A DNA stretch of 64,000 nt from Girardia tigrina (lineage: Eukaryota), in the NCBI GenBank assembly GCA_001938485.1, contig MQRK01255084.1, positions 1-64,000 on the forward strand. The letters are read 5' to 3'. A program made the translations under genes and the position numbers. Positions 51,901 through 63,410 of the stretch are shown here, in pieces; positions within the stretch are counted from its first letter, which is position 1; each line of letters begins with the position of its first letter. The notes under the pieces are model-generated. The model did not search any database and had not been told where the DNA came from. It was given only the letters and a program-made list of their open reading frames with translations.

Positions 51901-54900
51901 TGTTAACTGATAGATCAAGTGGTTGAAGGGTTTTAGTGAGGCCACCAGGGATCACTGCAAGTTCAGAATATTTTTTGACTTAATTTTTAACTTCCTCAGT
52001 AAGATGACATTTAGCGGAATCGTATATTAAAAGTGATTTTGGCTTAAAAAAGGAATCATTTCTTTTTATCCAAATTTTTTGTATCCATTTTTTCATTATT
52101 TCACTATTTGACCATTCATTTTTATTGACTTCAACAATAATTCCTTTTGGAAAATTTTCTTTGGGCATTGTTAGTCTTTTAAATATCACCATTGGTTTGC
52201 ATTTTTTCCATCGGCAGTTACAGTTAATATAACTGTAAAATTATATTTTTCATTGTCGGTTGTTTTGATCAGAATATCTTTTTTTCCTTTTTCATCAACT
52301 GTCCTTGTATCCGGAATATCGAAACTAACAGAAACGTCATCCATATTCCCAAGATGCTTCAAATCGATATCTCTCTTTTTATCTTTAATAAAAAGTAAAA
52401 ATGATTCTTTTTTTCTTCCCAATCAACTGGCAACGATTGTCAGATTGAAGTTACTGCTCTCATGCTTAAATTATTTCTTTTCATAAATCTTGTGCACCAA
52501 CCATTCGTTTCTTTAAAATTTTCTATATTAAAATCATATTTTGCCATTTTTTCGCTGTTAATCTAATACAAATTGTAGAAACTTTAAACACTTTCTCCTT
52601 TTTCTCAATTACATACTTTTTAACGGCCTTTTTTAAATCGGGCCAATGTGCAAATCCTCTTTTTCCTTTCTATTTTTCGGCATAACGTTTAAAAGATTTT
52701 TCGATTTTCTCCAATCCCGAATGTTTTTTTCATTTATATTGAATTCTCTTTCTGGTTCTCTGTTACCATGTTTTTCAGCATAAGCAATAATTTCCTATTT
52801 TCTTTCGACCGTAAACGAACTTCTTATTTTTTTTCATTTTTAACGTGGATTTTAAATTCAAATTATTTTAATAAAACAAAAATAATTAAAGTCAAAATTA
52901 AAATAATATTAATTTAAATTTAATGATTTCTTCATTTGCATAATTTAAAATAAGTTTTTGATTCAAGTTTTCAAGTCACAAAATATGCGACTTATACGCT
53001 GTTGAATTTAATTTTCAAAATTAAAAAAAAATGGGATGCGACTTATAGTCCGATAAATACGGTATATTATTTTTGTACTATCTGTCAACTTTGACAATCA
53101 AAATAGAAGGAAAGAATTTTTCAATTGCAAACACATTAGATAAAATAGAAAGTATTAATTTCCAGGATGATTCATGCAATGCTTGCCAATATAACAATGC
53201 AACATCGAGAAGGAATGAAATGGTTTTATAAGTATTTTTTAAAAAAATTTTAGATCAATATTTTTGTCGCACTAATTATAATATTATTGTAAGGGAATTT
53301 TTTATTATAGAATCTTCTTTATTTAATCGCGTCATCATAAAATATATAGCTATCATTTAAAGCAAGAAATTCATTTAATAATCTTTCCACTAATTCTGAA
53401 TTTAGAAAAATATACGATATGATTTATTGCCGCATCTAACTCTAATGGCAGGTAAGTTTTCTTATTTTATCTCTAAAAAATTAGGAATGATATATTATTT
53501 CCATCTTAAAACTTTATTTTTTTTTATTTATACACCGTTTGTACTTTAATATTAACATTTTTTTTCAATTCTCTTTATTAGGAGTGCCATTGGTGGCGTT
53601 TATATTTTCTTCTTCATCCAACATAATTTCTAAAAAAACGTTAAAATTTTCAAAATGTAATTTATAACAATTTCTGAATATTCAAATAATTTTTAGGAGA
53701 TTTTCGTGATTTTTAATTTAAACGTATTTTATTAATAAGTGATATATGATATTATATTAAAATATTGATAATTTAATTTTAGAAATTTAAATATCTACTT
53801 TTATCTTTATAACTCTTACACTCTTCTTTAATTTCTAATCTGTTTTGATTTTTTTGCAAAAGTAACTGGATAAAAGAGATCTTTGACTTTACTTTAAATA
53901 AAACAATATTGTCAACAATCAAATTTGATTAATCTTAGTGGGTAACATTCCATCCTAAAAAGACCTTGTTTCCTTATTTGTACCTTTAACATTCATGTTA
54001 CCAAACACTTGTCATAGATCACATAATGTTCACAATAAATACATTTTATAAAGAATAAATAAATAATTATTATAATTCTGTCATTAATATTGGCTCTAGT
54101 TTTCGTACCACAGGTGGTTGTCGAATATGGGATAAAGTGCCAAAATTCTTATCATGTGTCCCATGATTATTGGTGAAATGTAAATTGATAGGGTGTTTTC
54201 TTGCTTAAGTAATTCTATTTCAATTTAAATAAAAATGATGAAACACATCTAATATTGATTAATTGCTTTTGTAATTGACGCACTTTCAAAAGGAAATTCA
54301 AATCGGACGACCAATTCGTAATTGTCGAACATTATTATCTTAATGAAGGAACAATCACAGGAGGGAGCTCTAAGAGGCTATAATAATGGAAAGACAAAAA
54401 ATAATTATTCCTCAATTTCATATTCATCTTATAAGTATCTGTATCACTATAAATATTATTATGAACATCGCAACATTAAGGACAGGAATAACTCAACCTG
54501 AAAACATTTACGCTGACATATCCTACCTATGTAAAATACTGTTGCTAGGTCGTTTCATCGCACTAAGATTGACTTTGACTTTCTTTGCAAATCATATTAT
54601 CATTATACATAATATATTATTATCATAACAAATGAAAAAAATTAAATAATAACAAGAAAATATAGTGAATAACATGCGTTATTTAGGATCAAGATAATTG
54701 AGGTGTGGCACACAAAAATATCAGGTGATTTGAGTGTCAAGAAAGTTCAATATTTCTTCAAACACGTTTGTTTAAGCTGTAAATACTTCTTCTTTGGTGC
54801 TCGATAACTTCCAGCAATACCATGAAGAAACATTAATGTTTGTATTGTAATCTCGTTTTTGATTCCATTGAAAAATGTCAACATTGAAGGATGGTTACAT

Positions 54901-57900
54901 TGTAAAAGAGACTGGAGAATACTCTGTCATTCTTAACATATACTTGTAGTACGTGATATTCCTTTCATTGCCGAATACCGTTTGTGTCAAATTGCTGTAG
55001 AGTGATTGCAATTAATATTTCTTGTTCATTCTCTTTTTTAACAATTAATTCTATTAAAAATTTAAATTTTAAATATATATTACATATACATTTTATTGTT
55101 TTGTTTTAGGTTGAAAAAGAAATTATCAAAAAAATATGAAATGAGTTTTTATAGTTTATTAAAATTACAGTATGTGACGAAACGACCAGGCATTTCAAAA
55201 ACGTATAAAGACTAAAGGACAGCTTTAACATCATTTGATCAAGAATCACAAAAAGATAAGTTCGGACTAATTATGGACTGAGTTTGAAACAATAACTTCT
55301 GTTAAAGCTAATGATTTAACTTAGTACAACTCAGTAGAATGGTAATGATGTCTTCACAACTTAGGGGCGGGTATGTAACCGTTTGAGCACTCCTGTTATA
55401 CCGGCTTTATAAGGTTCAATATTCTGTTTCCCAACGACGTAATAATTTTAGAATTCTTGCAGTGTAGAGAGATCTACATTAAGCTAATGAATCTTAAATA
55501 AAAATATGACAAGTTAATTTTATGGTCAATACATAAATAGATGTTAAACGATAAAATAAAAATTCGTATGTTTTAAACGACCACATATAGTTCGAAAATA
55601 ATGACGCTTTGTAATTTACATTTATTTCTGTTTTTTTTCTAAATTTTATGTCTTCAGAAGATTTTAAAGATTTTATATATTAATCTTTTAATCATAAAAT
55701 GCTCTAGATAAAGCAATGGAGTTTTAATGTGTGATTAAACATTGATTTAATATGTTTTATTAATAGTTATAAATGTCACTCAAATTTCCTGTTTAGGCAT
55801 TTTATATCAATCTACAAAGTGCAAGACTGATCATGCAATATGAATTGTAGTGGATCTTTCGAATGATTTATTTATCAAGTTTTATCTTGGAGCTTCTTCC
55901 TGGAGGATGAAAATCACTTTAGGCAAAATTAAATAAGTTTTATGAATATTCTTTTCAAATTCCATGTGTCGATTATTCTTGTACTTTTACCCGGATTGTT
56001 TTTGCAATTTCTTTATCAAATCGACGTTTTTAAAAACAATTCCACTGCCCATGCTCTTTTACATTTCTGTTTGTAAAAATAACGAGATTAAACTTCAGCT
56101 ATTGTGAGAGAATAAAATCGTTATCTTTACTTACAAAAAATCTATTTAATATGAATTTGTTGTAACTGATCAACAAAGTATTAGGAATTAAACAGTATAC
56201 TACAATTATAGGAAGCGAAAAAAATCAGTTGCACCCAATATGTTTAATTAAAAAAGAACCACAAACACTTACAGAGAACTTTTAACAAACTGATCAGTAA
56301 TAATCTTGTAATGACGGTATCAAATCAGTCAAAATGTTGATGAGGATAGGTAGAGATAATGTTAATCGACTCGTTAACAATAATACTGTTGACAGGGATT
56401 AGATTCAACTTGAATTGGGTTCGATTATATAACTTTTCTAACGAGAGCATTGGCAAACTGTATTACTCATAACAAAATTAGCAGTCGTTAGTTAAGTTAA
56501 TTAATTTATTCTGACAATATATCGATTTATTATTTCTTTTTTAACTTTAACTTTGAAATTATATTATTGCTAATAGCAATTTTATAATTAATTATTTACA
56601 GACTGGGTTAAAATAAGTAATTGAGGGGCAATCTTGCCGACGTCTTTCTTTCGTTTGGTCTTTTCTTTAATCTCTTTCATTGAGCTTCTTGAATTCGATT
56701 GATATCGTAAAAATAAAATAAGTAATAGGTACTGTTAATAAAAAAAATAAATTAAACTGACAGTAAAAAAATTAAAAATAAATTAAAGAGAAACAAAGAT
56801 AATCACAACACACATTATCAGATCTGGAAGAAAGAATACTGATCAATAATTAAGTTGAAGAAAATCATCACATGTAAAGGAAAATAATAGGTACTGAGGT
56901 ACAAAAATAAAGGTAAACACACCCTAAAAATAAACAATGAGAGTTTTTGACATACAAAAATCTCCTAAAAATTGTATGAATATTCAGAAATTGTGATAAA
57001 ATATATTTTTGGAATTTTTAACCTTTTTTTAGAAATTATGTTGGATGAAGAGGAAAATATAAACGCCACCAATGACACTCCTAACAGTGATTAAGTAACA
57101 AATATTTGCATTCACTTTTTTTAATCATAAAACGACCCTAAATTATGACATTACTTCAATTAAATAAGCTGCTTTGATTAAGAAACATCAATAAACAAAA
57201 TTTATTTAATTATTCAGGGACGACTTATCAGAAACAAAAATCATAAAATCATCTTTTCTATTAGTATATATGTAATTTTTTGCATATTTTTTTATAAATA
57301 TAATAGATCGTATAACGTACCGTGTTTCTCCAAATATAAGACATACCACAGATCTAGTCCAAAATTTAAAGACTTTTTTGGGAACATTAATATAAGGCAT
57401 CCCTTAATATAAGACCAACTATTTTTTTTTAAATTGTTTTACAAAATTAGTTTTAAAAAGTAATTTTAAATTAATCATTTTTCATCCCTTCATGAACCAA
57501 AAAAGAAAATATTACACAGTAAAATATAGAATGGATGTCGTTGAGGAGTCTCGCAACAGAAATTTAACAGAATATTGTAAGGAAATGAAATCTGAGACGA
57601 AAATATGCTAGTAAAGACCTACTGGTAATTTTTCCACCAAAATTAATATAAGACAGTGTATTATATTTCGAGAAAGATGGTAGTACATTTTGAGTGATGA
57701 AAAAATAATGTTATTAAAAGTAAAAATAAAAATTTACGAATCAATAAAAAGAATACAAGGAAGTATTTGTAGAAAAAAAACTACTGAACAAAAGGATAAT
57801 AAATAATAGTTTATTTAGTATATTATTTTCTTCTAGAAATTATTAACGAAAATGTAGAGGTAATATTTATTTCTTGGTTTAATGTACTTCCTTCTTGTTG

Positions 57901-60900
57901 AATCTATTTTTTGGTAATGATTTAATTTTCTTTTTTTTGAAAAAAATAGTTTGATTTTTTGGTATTAAATTCTTTTATTCTTGCTTTAATTAATTATAAT
58001 TTGCAATAATTTTACCAGATACACAAATACAGATTTTTTAATAATTACAATAATATATAGATTTTACATCTTTTCTCTAGTTTTTAATATATTAAATATA
58101 ATGTTATAATTTTTTAAAATTTATTTTCTATTTATTTTAAAAATAAATGGATAAAAAATTAATTACAATTTCATTCAGGTTGTCGCTATTTATTAAAATA
58201 GTTACCTAATGGTATTTCTTTGATTTTTAGTTTTTTTTATTTTATTTCTTAATTTCTCACAAAATAAATTTAGAAAAATCAATACAAATATCATTTAATA
58301 TATTTTCTGTAATTTTATAATCCCATTAACTTATTGTAATCAAATTATACTAAAATGTTTATTCATTTTGTCTGAATGTTAGTTATGATCAATTGTTTGT
58401 TATTAGTAATAAATATTTATTTAATAATATTCTTTATTGTTAATAATGATAAATCAGTATCACACGTTCAGGTAGACAAAATAGGATTTTATTTTAATGA
58501 TTCAAACATGTATTCTGTACATAAAATATAATTATAAGATTGAGGAATAAATAACCGCTCTTTTTGAAGTAGTTTTTGAAAACACAATTTCTGGACAAAC
58601 ATGTATTCATAGACACTTATTTTGTAGAATGAAATTCGAAGTTCCCAAAATGATTGTAAAGAGTTATCGAAAATGATGGAAGTTTTATAAATGATTAATA
58701 TTCTAAAAGTTTGAAAACACTAAACTATTGATTAAGTCATTAGAGCCAAGTATTATAATTCGATTTATATCTTGACCAGAATAAGAAAATGATAATTTGA
58801 AATTCAGATCTAAGGGTACTGCAGGTGACTTTATTCCACCAGGAAACATGCTTTTTCTTACGTTTCAATCATGAACTTTTGGGAAATGACATTGATTCCG
58901 ACAGACTTGATTCCCTAATATACTAGTACCCTAGGATGGCACTAAGTACTACAGAAATTTTATAAATTCGCTCTTATTATCTGGACGAGTTTTTCCACTC
59001 AACATTTATGCTTCAATTTTTCGATGCTTTACATAGGAATAATGTGTTTACAAGGCACATTGTATATTATCTGATATTTTCCGATAATTATTTTGATCGT
59101 GCATTTCAAATTTTCGAAAATCAGAAAGTTTTGATAAAAAGTAAAAACTGATAATAACGAATAACTCCTAATAACATCAGTGATACTGTTGGAATAATAT
59201 CATGAACCATCTTAAAAATTTGCAATAATGATAATATTAGGATTAAAATAGTCTCACTAAAATGTTATTGAAAATGCTCCTTTTAGGAGTTATCAGTCAG
59301 TTGTAACGATTTGATATTAAAAAATAACCCTCGACAGATTGATCAATTCTTTGAGAACCAAATTTCATATTTCAAAATAAAAATTGCTTAAATTTTAAAT
59401 GTTATTATAATTATATACTATATTTCACGGGATTATCAGTGGCATGTAAGAGATTTAATGTCACCAAACTCTTAGTCTACAATTAACCTCCGAATTATTA
59501 ATAATACTGTTCTAATATATATTTGTAAATATTTGGGATTTTGCTTAATAACCCTATAAAAAATTATGTAAGAAAGCAAGTCATATGATCACTATTTTTA
59601 TCTTATGCCAATGTCATATGTGTTCCATAAAAATATCACCGTGTATTCGCATGATGTTTACATCTTTCAGGAATTACATACCTAGATTATTTAAAACTAT
59701 TTATTTTTTAGATTTTTTTAAGTTTAGTAATTAAAAAAACTAACCTATTTTTTTCGACACGGTAGTGAATCAAATAGTTTTTGGCCTTAAAATATCACGG
59801 AACACCGTCATGTTTCCTGTATTTCAATCCAAAGTGCGGAAAGCAAAACAGCATAATTTATATTTCGAAGCAAACAATTATTGAATTTTGATTCAGCAAT
59901 ATTTTAAAACTATTTTATAACATTCCCATTAAAATGAAGAAAATAATTATTCTATCACGTTGAATGGCATAAAACAATACTTGAAAGTAACAGAGTAAAT
60001 GATTTCCAGAGGGTATCTGTTTCCAATTTGCATCTAGAGCTAACGTCGATAATTCACTCTTTAACTGTTTATCCCGTGTTTATGTTAAGCCGAATTTGTG
60101 TATTCGGCAACTATTTTGCCGAATTCACTAACTATATGAAAAAATTTCATTTTAATATGAAAATTTTTCAATTTAAAATGAAAATTTTTCAATTTAAAAT
60201 GAAAGATTATGTATTTAATATGACAAAAATAAAGTAAATATGAAAAAAATCTTAATTTATTATGCAAAATAGACTCCAAATGTAAAATTTTTATTCATAG
60301 TTATTTAAACTTCTTCGTTTGTGGCAAGCTGAATTGCAAATGTATGTATTTTTAAAAGCATTTTTTCATATAAGTTGATATTTTTTCGTATTAAATACAT
60401 AATTTTCTTATTAAATCGAATATTTTTCATATTAAATAGATAATTTTTCATGTTAAATTAATTTTTTTCATATTAAATGTTATTATTAATTTCATAATTA
60501 AATTAAAAAAATTTTTTAAAAAAATTGCCGAGTTCGTGAATTTGACAACTACACAAATTCTTTATAACATCTACACTGGGTTAAATCGACACAACACAAG
60601 TTATAAACATCTTCTATTATATCAAATTTGTATTGCTGTTTAATTTGGCATAAATAGCAGAATAATTACATGATTTTTTGTTGTAAATAATGAAAAAAAT
60701 GATATCTAGTAAAAACAAGTTATCAGCTTTTGGAAAAAATTAATCAATTAAAATGGAATAATATGGTTGTAATTTATAAATTTTATTTTTGTATTAAAAA
60801 TACAAAAATATTTACTAAAGGAAATATAGTGTCTATTTTATCCAGCTACTGGAATCCATTAGACAGCCGGCACTGAATGAGCGTCGAGTGATAGCCGCGT

Positions 60901-61043
60901 ACGATTATCAAGCAACTAGTCCCGATGAGTTATCTTTCAAGCGGGGGGATGTGATTGTGGTTACTGGGAAAGAGGATGCAAATTGGTTGCGCGGTCGTTT
61001 GAGGGACAAAGAGGGTGTTTTCCCTTATAACTATGTCCAATAA
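22233..61043 (+). CDS. GRB2: Growth factor receptor-bound protein 2 (SH3-SH2-SH3 adaptor); join(22233..22310,25204..25445,51018..51183,60846..61043), 227 aa
   Basis: MEAIALHDF..NWYRAE..GLVPFNYI (nSH3); PWY..DGAFILRRSE..FSLSVK..HFKIL.D.AG.Y.IW..KF.S.N.LI.FH (SH2, with the Grb2 EF1 Trp); VIAAYDY..DELSFKRGD..NW..G..GVFPYNYV (cSH3). Intron phases 0/2/0 join in frame. Confidence 0.93.
22500..23520. mobile_element. Two divergently oriented Penelope-like GIY-YIG segments (inverted pseudo-LTR structure)
   Basis: Minus YKFDCHWCKNSYIGK (22655-23068) and plus VYKFDCHGCKTSHSGE..LKTRICEH (23068-23520) are clearly homologous at DNA level. Confidence 0.85.
22511..22537 (-). ncRNA. Degenerate hammerhead core downstream of a Penelope GIY-YIG ORF
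   Basis: Minus strand reads CUGAUGA U GGAAG-AAGAA-UUUCC GAAA; stems I and III are eroded. Confidence 0.55.
23731..25047 (+). mobile_element. IS630/Tc1-like DNA transposon, near full length, transposase disrupted
   Basis: TIR CAGGGTTATTAATAATTATATCCACT with 21-bp internal repeats; TA on both sides. ORF 23884-24594 has HTHs and FFLDETGF; the frameshifted continuation is LIMDNVKFH..YLPAYSP*. Confidence 0.92.
25204..25445 (+). CDS. GRB2: GRB2 coding exon 2
   Basis: GTCAG acceptor; end of nSH3 and first half of SH2; phase-2 donor GTAGGA. Confidence 0.93.
26117..26475 (+). mobile_element. mariner 5' fragment spanning an N gap
   Basis: TATTAGGGTGAGTCATAAGTT terminus; RVLLKFFWKKG..AARWFKKFNEGDISLED. 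Confidence 0.75.
27813..28479. repeat. ~300-bp-arm inverted repeat centred on an N gap
   Basis: 27813-28111 is the reverse complement of 28181-28479 with several substitutions and indels. Confidence 0.85.
29768..29905. repeat. 21-bp-period tandem array of RFX X-box-like motifs (6 units)
   Basis: GTTGCCATGTCAAC, GTTACCATAGCAAC, ATTACCCTAGCATC, ATCATCTTAGCAAC, GTTACCATAGCCAC, ATTACCCTAGCAAC with 7-bp spacers (one 6-bp duplication). Confidence 0.85.
29950..30504 (-). mobile_element. IS630/Tc1-like transposase fragment
   Basis: HTH (LARQLQVP), KPGG, MIENNYRVTLANL and ILFMDET, with stops and frameshifts. Confidence 0.65.
34053..34422 (+). pseudogene. HAT1: Histone acetyltransferase HAT1 N-terminal fragment (pseudogene) in GRB2 intron 2
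   Basis: IDFELIRK..G*NENIRGYSNLKINLWFSVGRLNPYFYVSYDKK..ADD / LKSLL..EDFK.F.ELI..Y..FEIY resembles Hat1_N (E.IFGYKGLKI.LY..AG.L..Y..V.Y..K). It has a TAA at 34149 and a frameshift near 34275. Confidence 0.7.
35792..35890 (+). mobile_element. piggyBac transposase C-terminal cysteine-rich domain fragment
   Basis: CEKGKSWHKCTKCKVHLCRPKTNCFLLFH matches the piggyBac pattern C..C.V.LC..NCF..FH. Confidence 0.7.
37448..37610 (-). rRNA. Isolated 18S rRNA 3'-end fragment (helices 44-45), pseudogenic
   Basis: GCCCGTCGCTACTACCGATTGAATGG..GAGGAAGTAAAAGTCATAACAAGGTTTCCGTAGGTGAACCTGCG..CATTA. It is only ~163 bp and has substitutions at conserved sites (GTCATAAC for GTCGTAAC). Confidence 0.92.
38962..38998 (-). 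ncRNA. Minimal type I hammerhead ribozyme motif
   Basis: GC CUGAAGA U GGUGGA-AAA-UCCACC GAAA UAUA UU GC: 6-bp stem II and palindromic AUAUAU helix III. Confidence 0.78.
39141..39178 (+). ncRNA. Minimal type I hammerhead ribozyme motif (inverted partner)
   Basis: Same core, with one extra U after the predicted cleavage site. Confidence 0.72.
41000..41350 (-). mobile_element. IS630/Tc1-like HTH fragment
   Basis: YLTLARQLDISESAAKSIIYRYEKTG. Confidence 0.55.
42699..42946. mobile_element. pogo/Tigger-type MITE, TA TSD
   Basis: TA|CAGTAGATACCGCTTAAAGAGAA ... TTCTCTATAAGTGAAATCTACTG|TA. Confidence 0.85.
43110..43660 (-). mobile_element. mariner transposase catalytic-domain fragment
   Basis: LTVFWDRH..IDFL and CGFELLQNLPYSSDLAPRDF. 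Confidence 0.8.
44804..45590. repeat. (TA)n microsatellite flanking an assembly gap
   Basis: TA runs on both sides of the N block. Similar runs lie at 48148-48287 and 48902-48947. Confidence 0.9.
46200..46627 (-). mobile_element. mariner N-terminal fragment
   Basis: EYRKVIKFF..TEIYQQMQEIY and ILKNLGINKLCS*LLPKFLT. Confidence 0.7.
47496..47983. mobile_element. MITE-like element with inverted subterminal repeats and an internal degenerate (TTAGGG)n tract
   Basis: Left GACAATTGC/GGCAAATTG repeats are mirrored by right GCAATTGTC/GCATTTGTC repeats; GGGTTA-like hexamers at 47780-47870. Confidence 0.65.
49700..50020 (-). mobile_element. Penelope-like fragment of the same family as 23068-23520
   Basis: CAAATAGATCACAACATT.AGGTTA.ATTGGACAAATTATGTACA..ACACGGGTT and CATACCATATTCTGAA match the 23070 copy. 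Confidence 0.8.
51018..51183 (+). CDS. GRB2: GRB2 coding exon 3
   Basis: TTCCAG acceptor; QDREIMHFKILQDDAGNYYIWAQKFGSVNKLIEFH; donor GTTAGC. Confidence 0.9.
51411..53062 (-). mobile_element. Full-length but decayed pogo-family (POGK-like) DNA transposon
   Basis: TIRs CCGCATTTATCGGACTATAA / TTATAGTCCGATAAATACGG with TA on both sides. The transposase from 52837 (Brinker-like IIAYAEKHGNR, GNMDD, LLIYDSAKCH, IPGGLTKTLQPLDLSVNKSFK) is broken by stops and frameshifts. Confidence 0.93.
53579..57085. repeat. ~130-bp dispersed inverted repeat pair (53579-53705 and 56957-57085)
   Basis: TAGGAGTGCCATTGGTGGCGTTTATATTTTC..TTTTAGGAGATTTT and its diverged reverse complement. Confidence 0.8.
57320..57600 (+). 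mobile_element. pogo-like 5' terminus with the start of a transposase
   Basis: TA|CCGTGTTTCTCCAAATATAAGAC terminus with repeated ATATAAGAC, then MNQKRKYYTVKYRMDVV. Confidence 0.6.
60073..60580. mobile_element. piggyBac-like MITE with imperfect TIRs and mirrored 21-bp internal repeats
   Basis: TTAT|CCCGTGTTTATGTTA..GAATTTGTGTA versus TACACAAATTC..TAACATCTACACTGGG|TTAA; ATGAAAA.. repeats on the left, TTTTCAT repeats on the right. Confidence 0.65.
60846..61043 (+). CDS. GRB2: GRB2 coding exon 4 (C-terminal SH3)
   Basis: TCCAG acceptor; complete SH3; TAA at 61041-61043; AATAAA at 61169-61174. Confidence 0.92.
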   Translation, partial: LLESIRQPALNERRVIAAYDYQATSPDELSFKRGDVIVVTGKEDANWLRGRLRDKEGVFPYNYVQ

Positions 61044-61249
61044 ATTATCGATGTTCAATTTAATGAATCGAATCGTGCCAATGTGTTTTTCTATGACTAT
61101 GTGTTAGTGTGTCTGTGTGATACTTGTACATGAAATATCTCATTTAAGTCGTTCAATTGTACATTTCAAATAAATAGTTTTATGACATTCCCGTTTCGTA
61201 AACTGAAACATTTTTTTTGAAAAGGTACTTTAAAATGTATGAGTAAATA

Positions 61250-63410
61250 AACCTTGCAGTAAGTGCTGTTTGTCCAATGTGACGTCTCTCGGTTCCGGCT
61301 ACTGTCACCATTCATTCGATCCTTTGTTGCGTTATAAATTATTGCTACAACAACCGCTCCCCGGGGAATGTGTATCCCAACCGGCCATTTTGTTCGTGAT
61401 AATTGTACGGCGAACTCATGTCGTTATCAACACTAGGGCCAAATAAAATGTTGATTTTTTATTTGAAATGTAGGATATTTTTCTATTTGCTCACTCAATC
61501 TTCTTTGACTATATCATTCTTTAACTATTATTATTTTTTTGAAATAGAACGTGTAAAATGTTTAATTTGGGGTGTAAAATTTTGTTATTTTACTATTAAT
61601 CCGATTTTTGATAAGCATGGTATATAACTTGTTTTATCCTCTTGTATAATTTTCTAGTTTTGCTAGTTGATTTGGTTTGTAAATAGATCATAGAGTTGGC
61701 TTTCGGAGTTTATTGTTAGTTATTGCTGATAAAATTAGCATAATACTAAAATATTTAACAAACTTTTCTTCAGCGGAAAATAAATGAAGCAACGAGTTTT
61801 AGTAAATATTCTCACTGGTTTACAAATGTTTTTGGAATATGAAACACAATTGATGAAAACTGAAACAAGTTGATGAGTTCAATATCGAATGGATCACTGG
61901 AACAAGGAAAAGTTAAATGTTCAAGAGATATTCTATTCAGCGTGCGCCAGTTAAATGAGGAAAGATTAAAATTCTATCACTGGAATCTATTTTTATAAAC
62001 CAGCTACGATACTAAGAATGTCAGGTACCTCATTACCATGGTCTAAGACTCCAAAAAAGCATTAAATTTTCAAGGATGAACATTGTTGTATCTCAGAGCG
62101 AGTCTTTTCGTTCATTGACTCCCGTATTTCAAGTTGAATATTCATCATCTGATTGGTGATCATATTTACCAGATTACAGAACTGTTCAAGCAATTGTTTT
62201 TCTACTGAACACTCGAAAAAGCTTGAACCGGTATACCATAAAAATATTTCTTTTGTTCAAAATCTCTATTTCAAAAACCAAATTATAAAATCAACGTAAA
62301 TAATTTTATTTGTAAAAATAATTTCGTAATTCTCCATCAATTTACATGTGATCGTTTTGAGAAATTTGTGTGCAAATCTTTTTACTGTTTTAACTTTCAA
62401 ACCGAATTTTAAAATGGGTACTAAAGAGAAAAGACTCGTCAATTACCGAGCTTAGAATCATAATGAGAATAACGCTAGAGTGAACGAGATAATAGTCAGA
62501 GACTATATCTGACGTCTCGGACGAATTATGAAACTTTTCCATTAAATGATGGTGGAATTGGTAATCGAAACAATTGGATGTGATTTGGAGATTGTTTGAT
62601 AGACCTCAGAATTTTTTTATCTTCACATCACATCTCTAGTCTAGCCGTAACAAAAGATAATTAAAATTTTCATCAAAATTTAACTCAATATAGTTATAAA
62701 CAATCGGTTGATTATTTAATATAGAAAGTTTTAGTTGAAATTCAAAATCATTAAGGAAAACGAATCGCCAAAAAACAATCGGTGAAATCGCAAAATCAAT
62801 CGATGATTTACGAGATAAATCGATTAATTTGATATTTCCCCTCGCATACTCGCAGAACAGTTGAAAAAGTGAAAGTAATAAATTCGGTCGCGAATCTTTC
62901 GTCACGTAAATGTGAATTAATTTCGAAATGTCGTTAGAAAATTCGGTAGACAAACGCGAATCATACAAAATATCGTATCTTCGATTTTTTTATACACTTG
63001 AATATCAATTGAATCGAATTAATTTCAAATTTTCTCATATCTGATTGCATTTTGAATTCATCAAAAAAAATTCAAAAATTCGCAAAACTTTATTTAATTA
63101 CAATATTTTATTTTAAACAAAATTTTTTATTTTATAACTTTAAAAACAAATTTAAAATTTTTTAAAACAAATTTTATTTTTAACTAATAGTTATTTTTAT
63201 TGAAATTGTGATAACAAGAAATCAATTTACAATTACATCTCAGATATCAATTACATTCAAACACACACATATCGAGAAATCAATGACGTCATTGATCAAT
63301 TTTACTCGGATTTCTTTTTGATTTAAAACCTGAACGAAATTTCGGCTATTGGCAAACGATATTCGGAGATCTTTTAGCAGTATAGTGTATTTTATCGTTT
63401 CGCGATTAAT
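61250..63410 (-). pseudogene. Decayed multi-segment gene-like tract, product unrecognised
   Basis: Several exon-like open stretches, richer in CpG, lie on one strand (~63410-63270, 62978-62636, 62606-62390, 62250-62063, 61435-61345). They are interrupted by stops and give no clean splice path. Confidence 0.35.

Noticed and set aside
53406-53451. AG..GTAAGT-bounded 46-nt pseudo-exon in GRB2 intron 3
   Set aside because: It would shift the frame, and GRB2 is complete without it.
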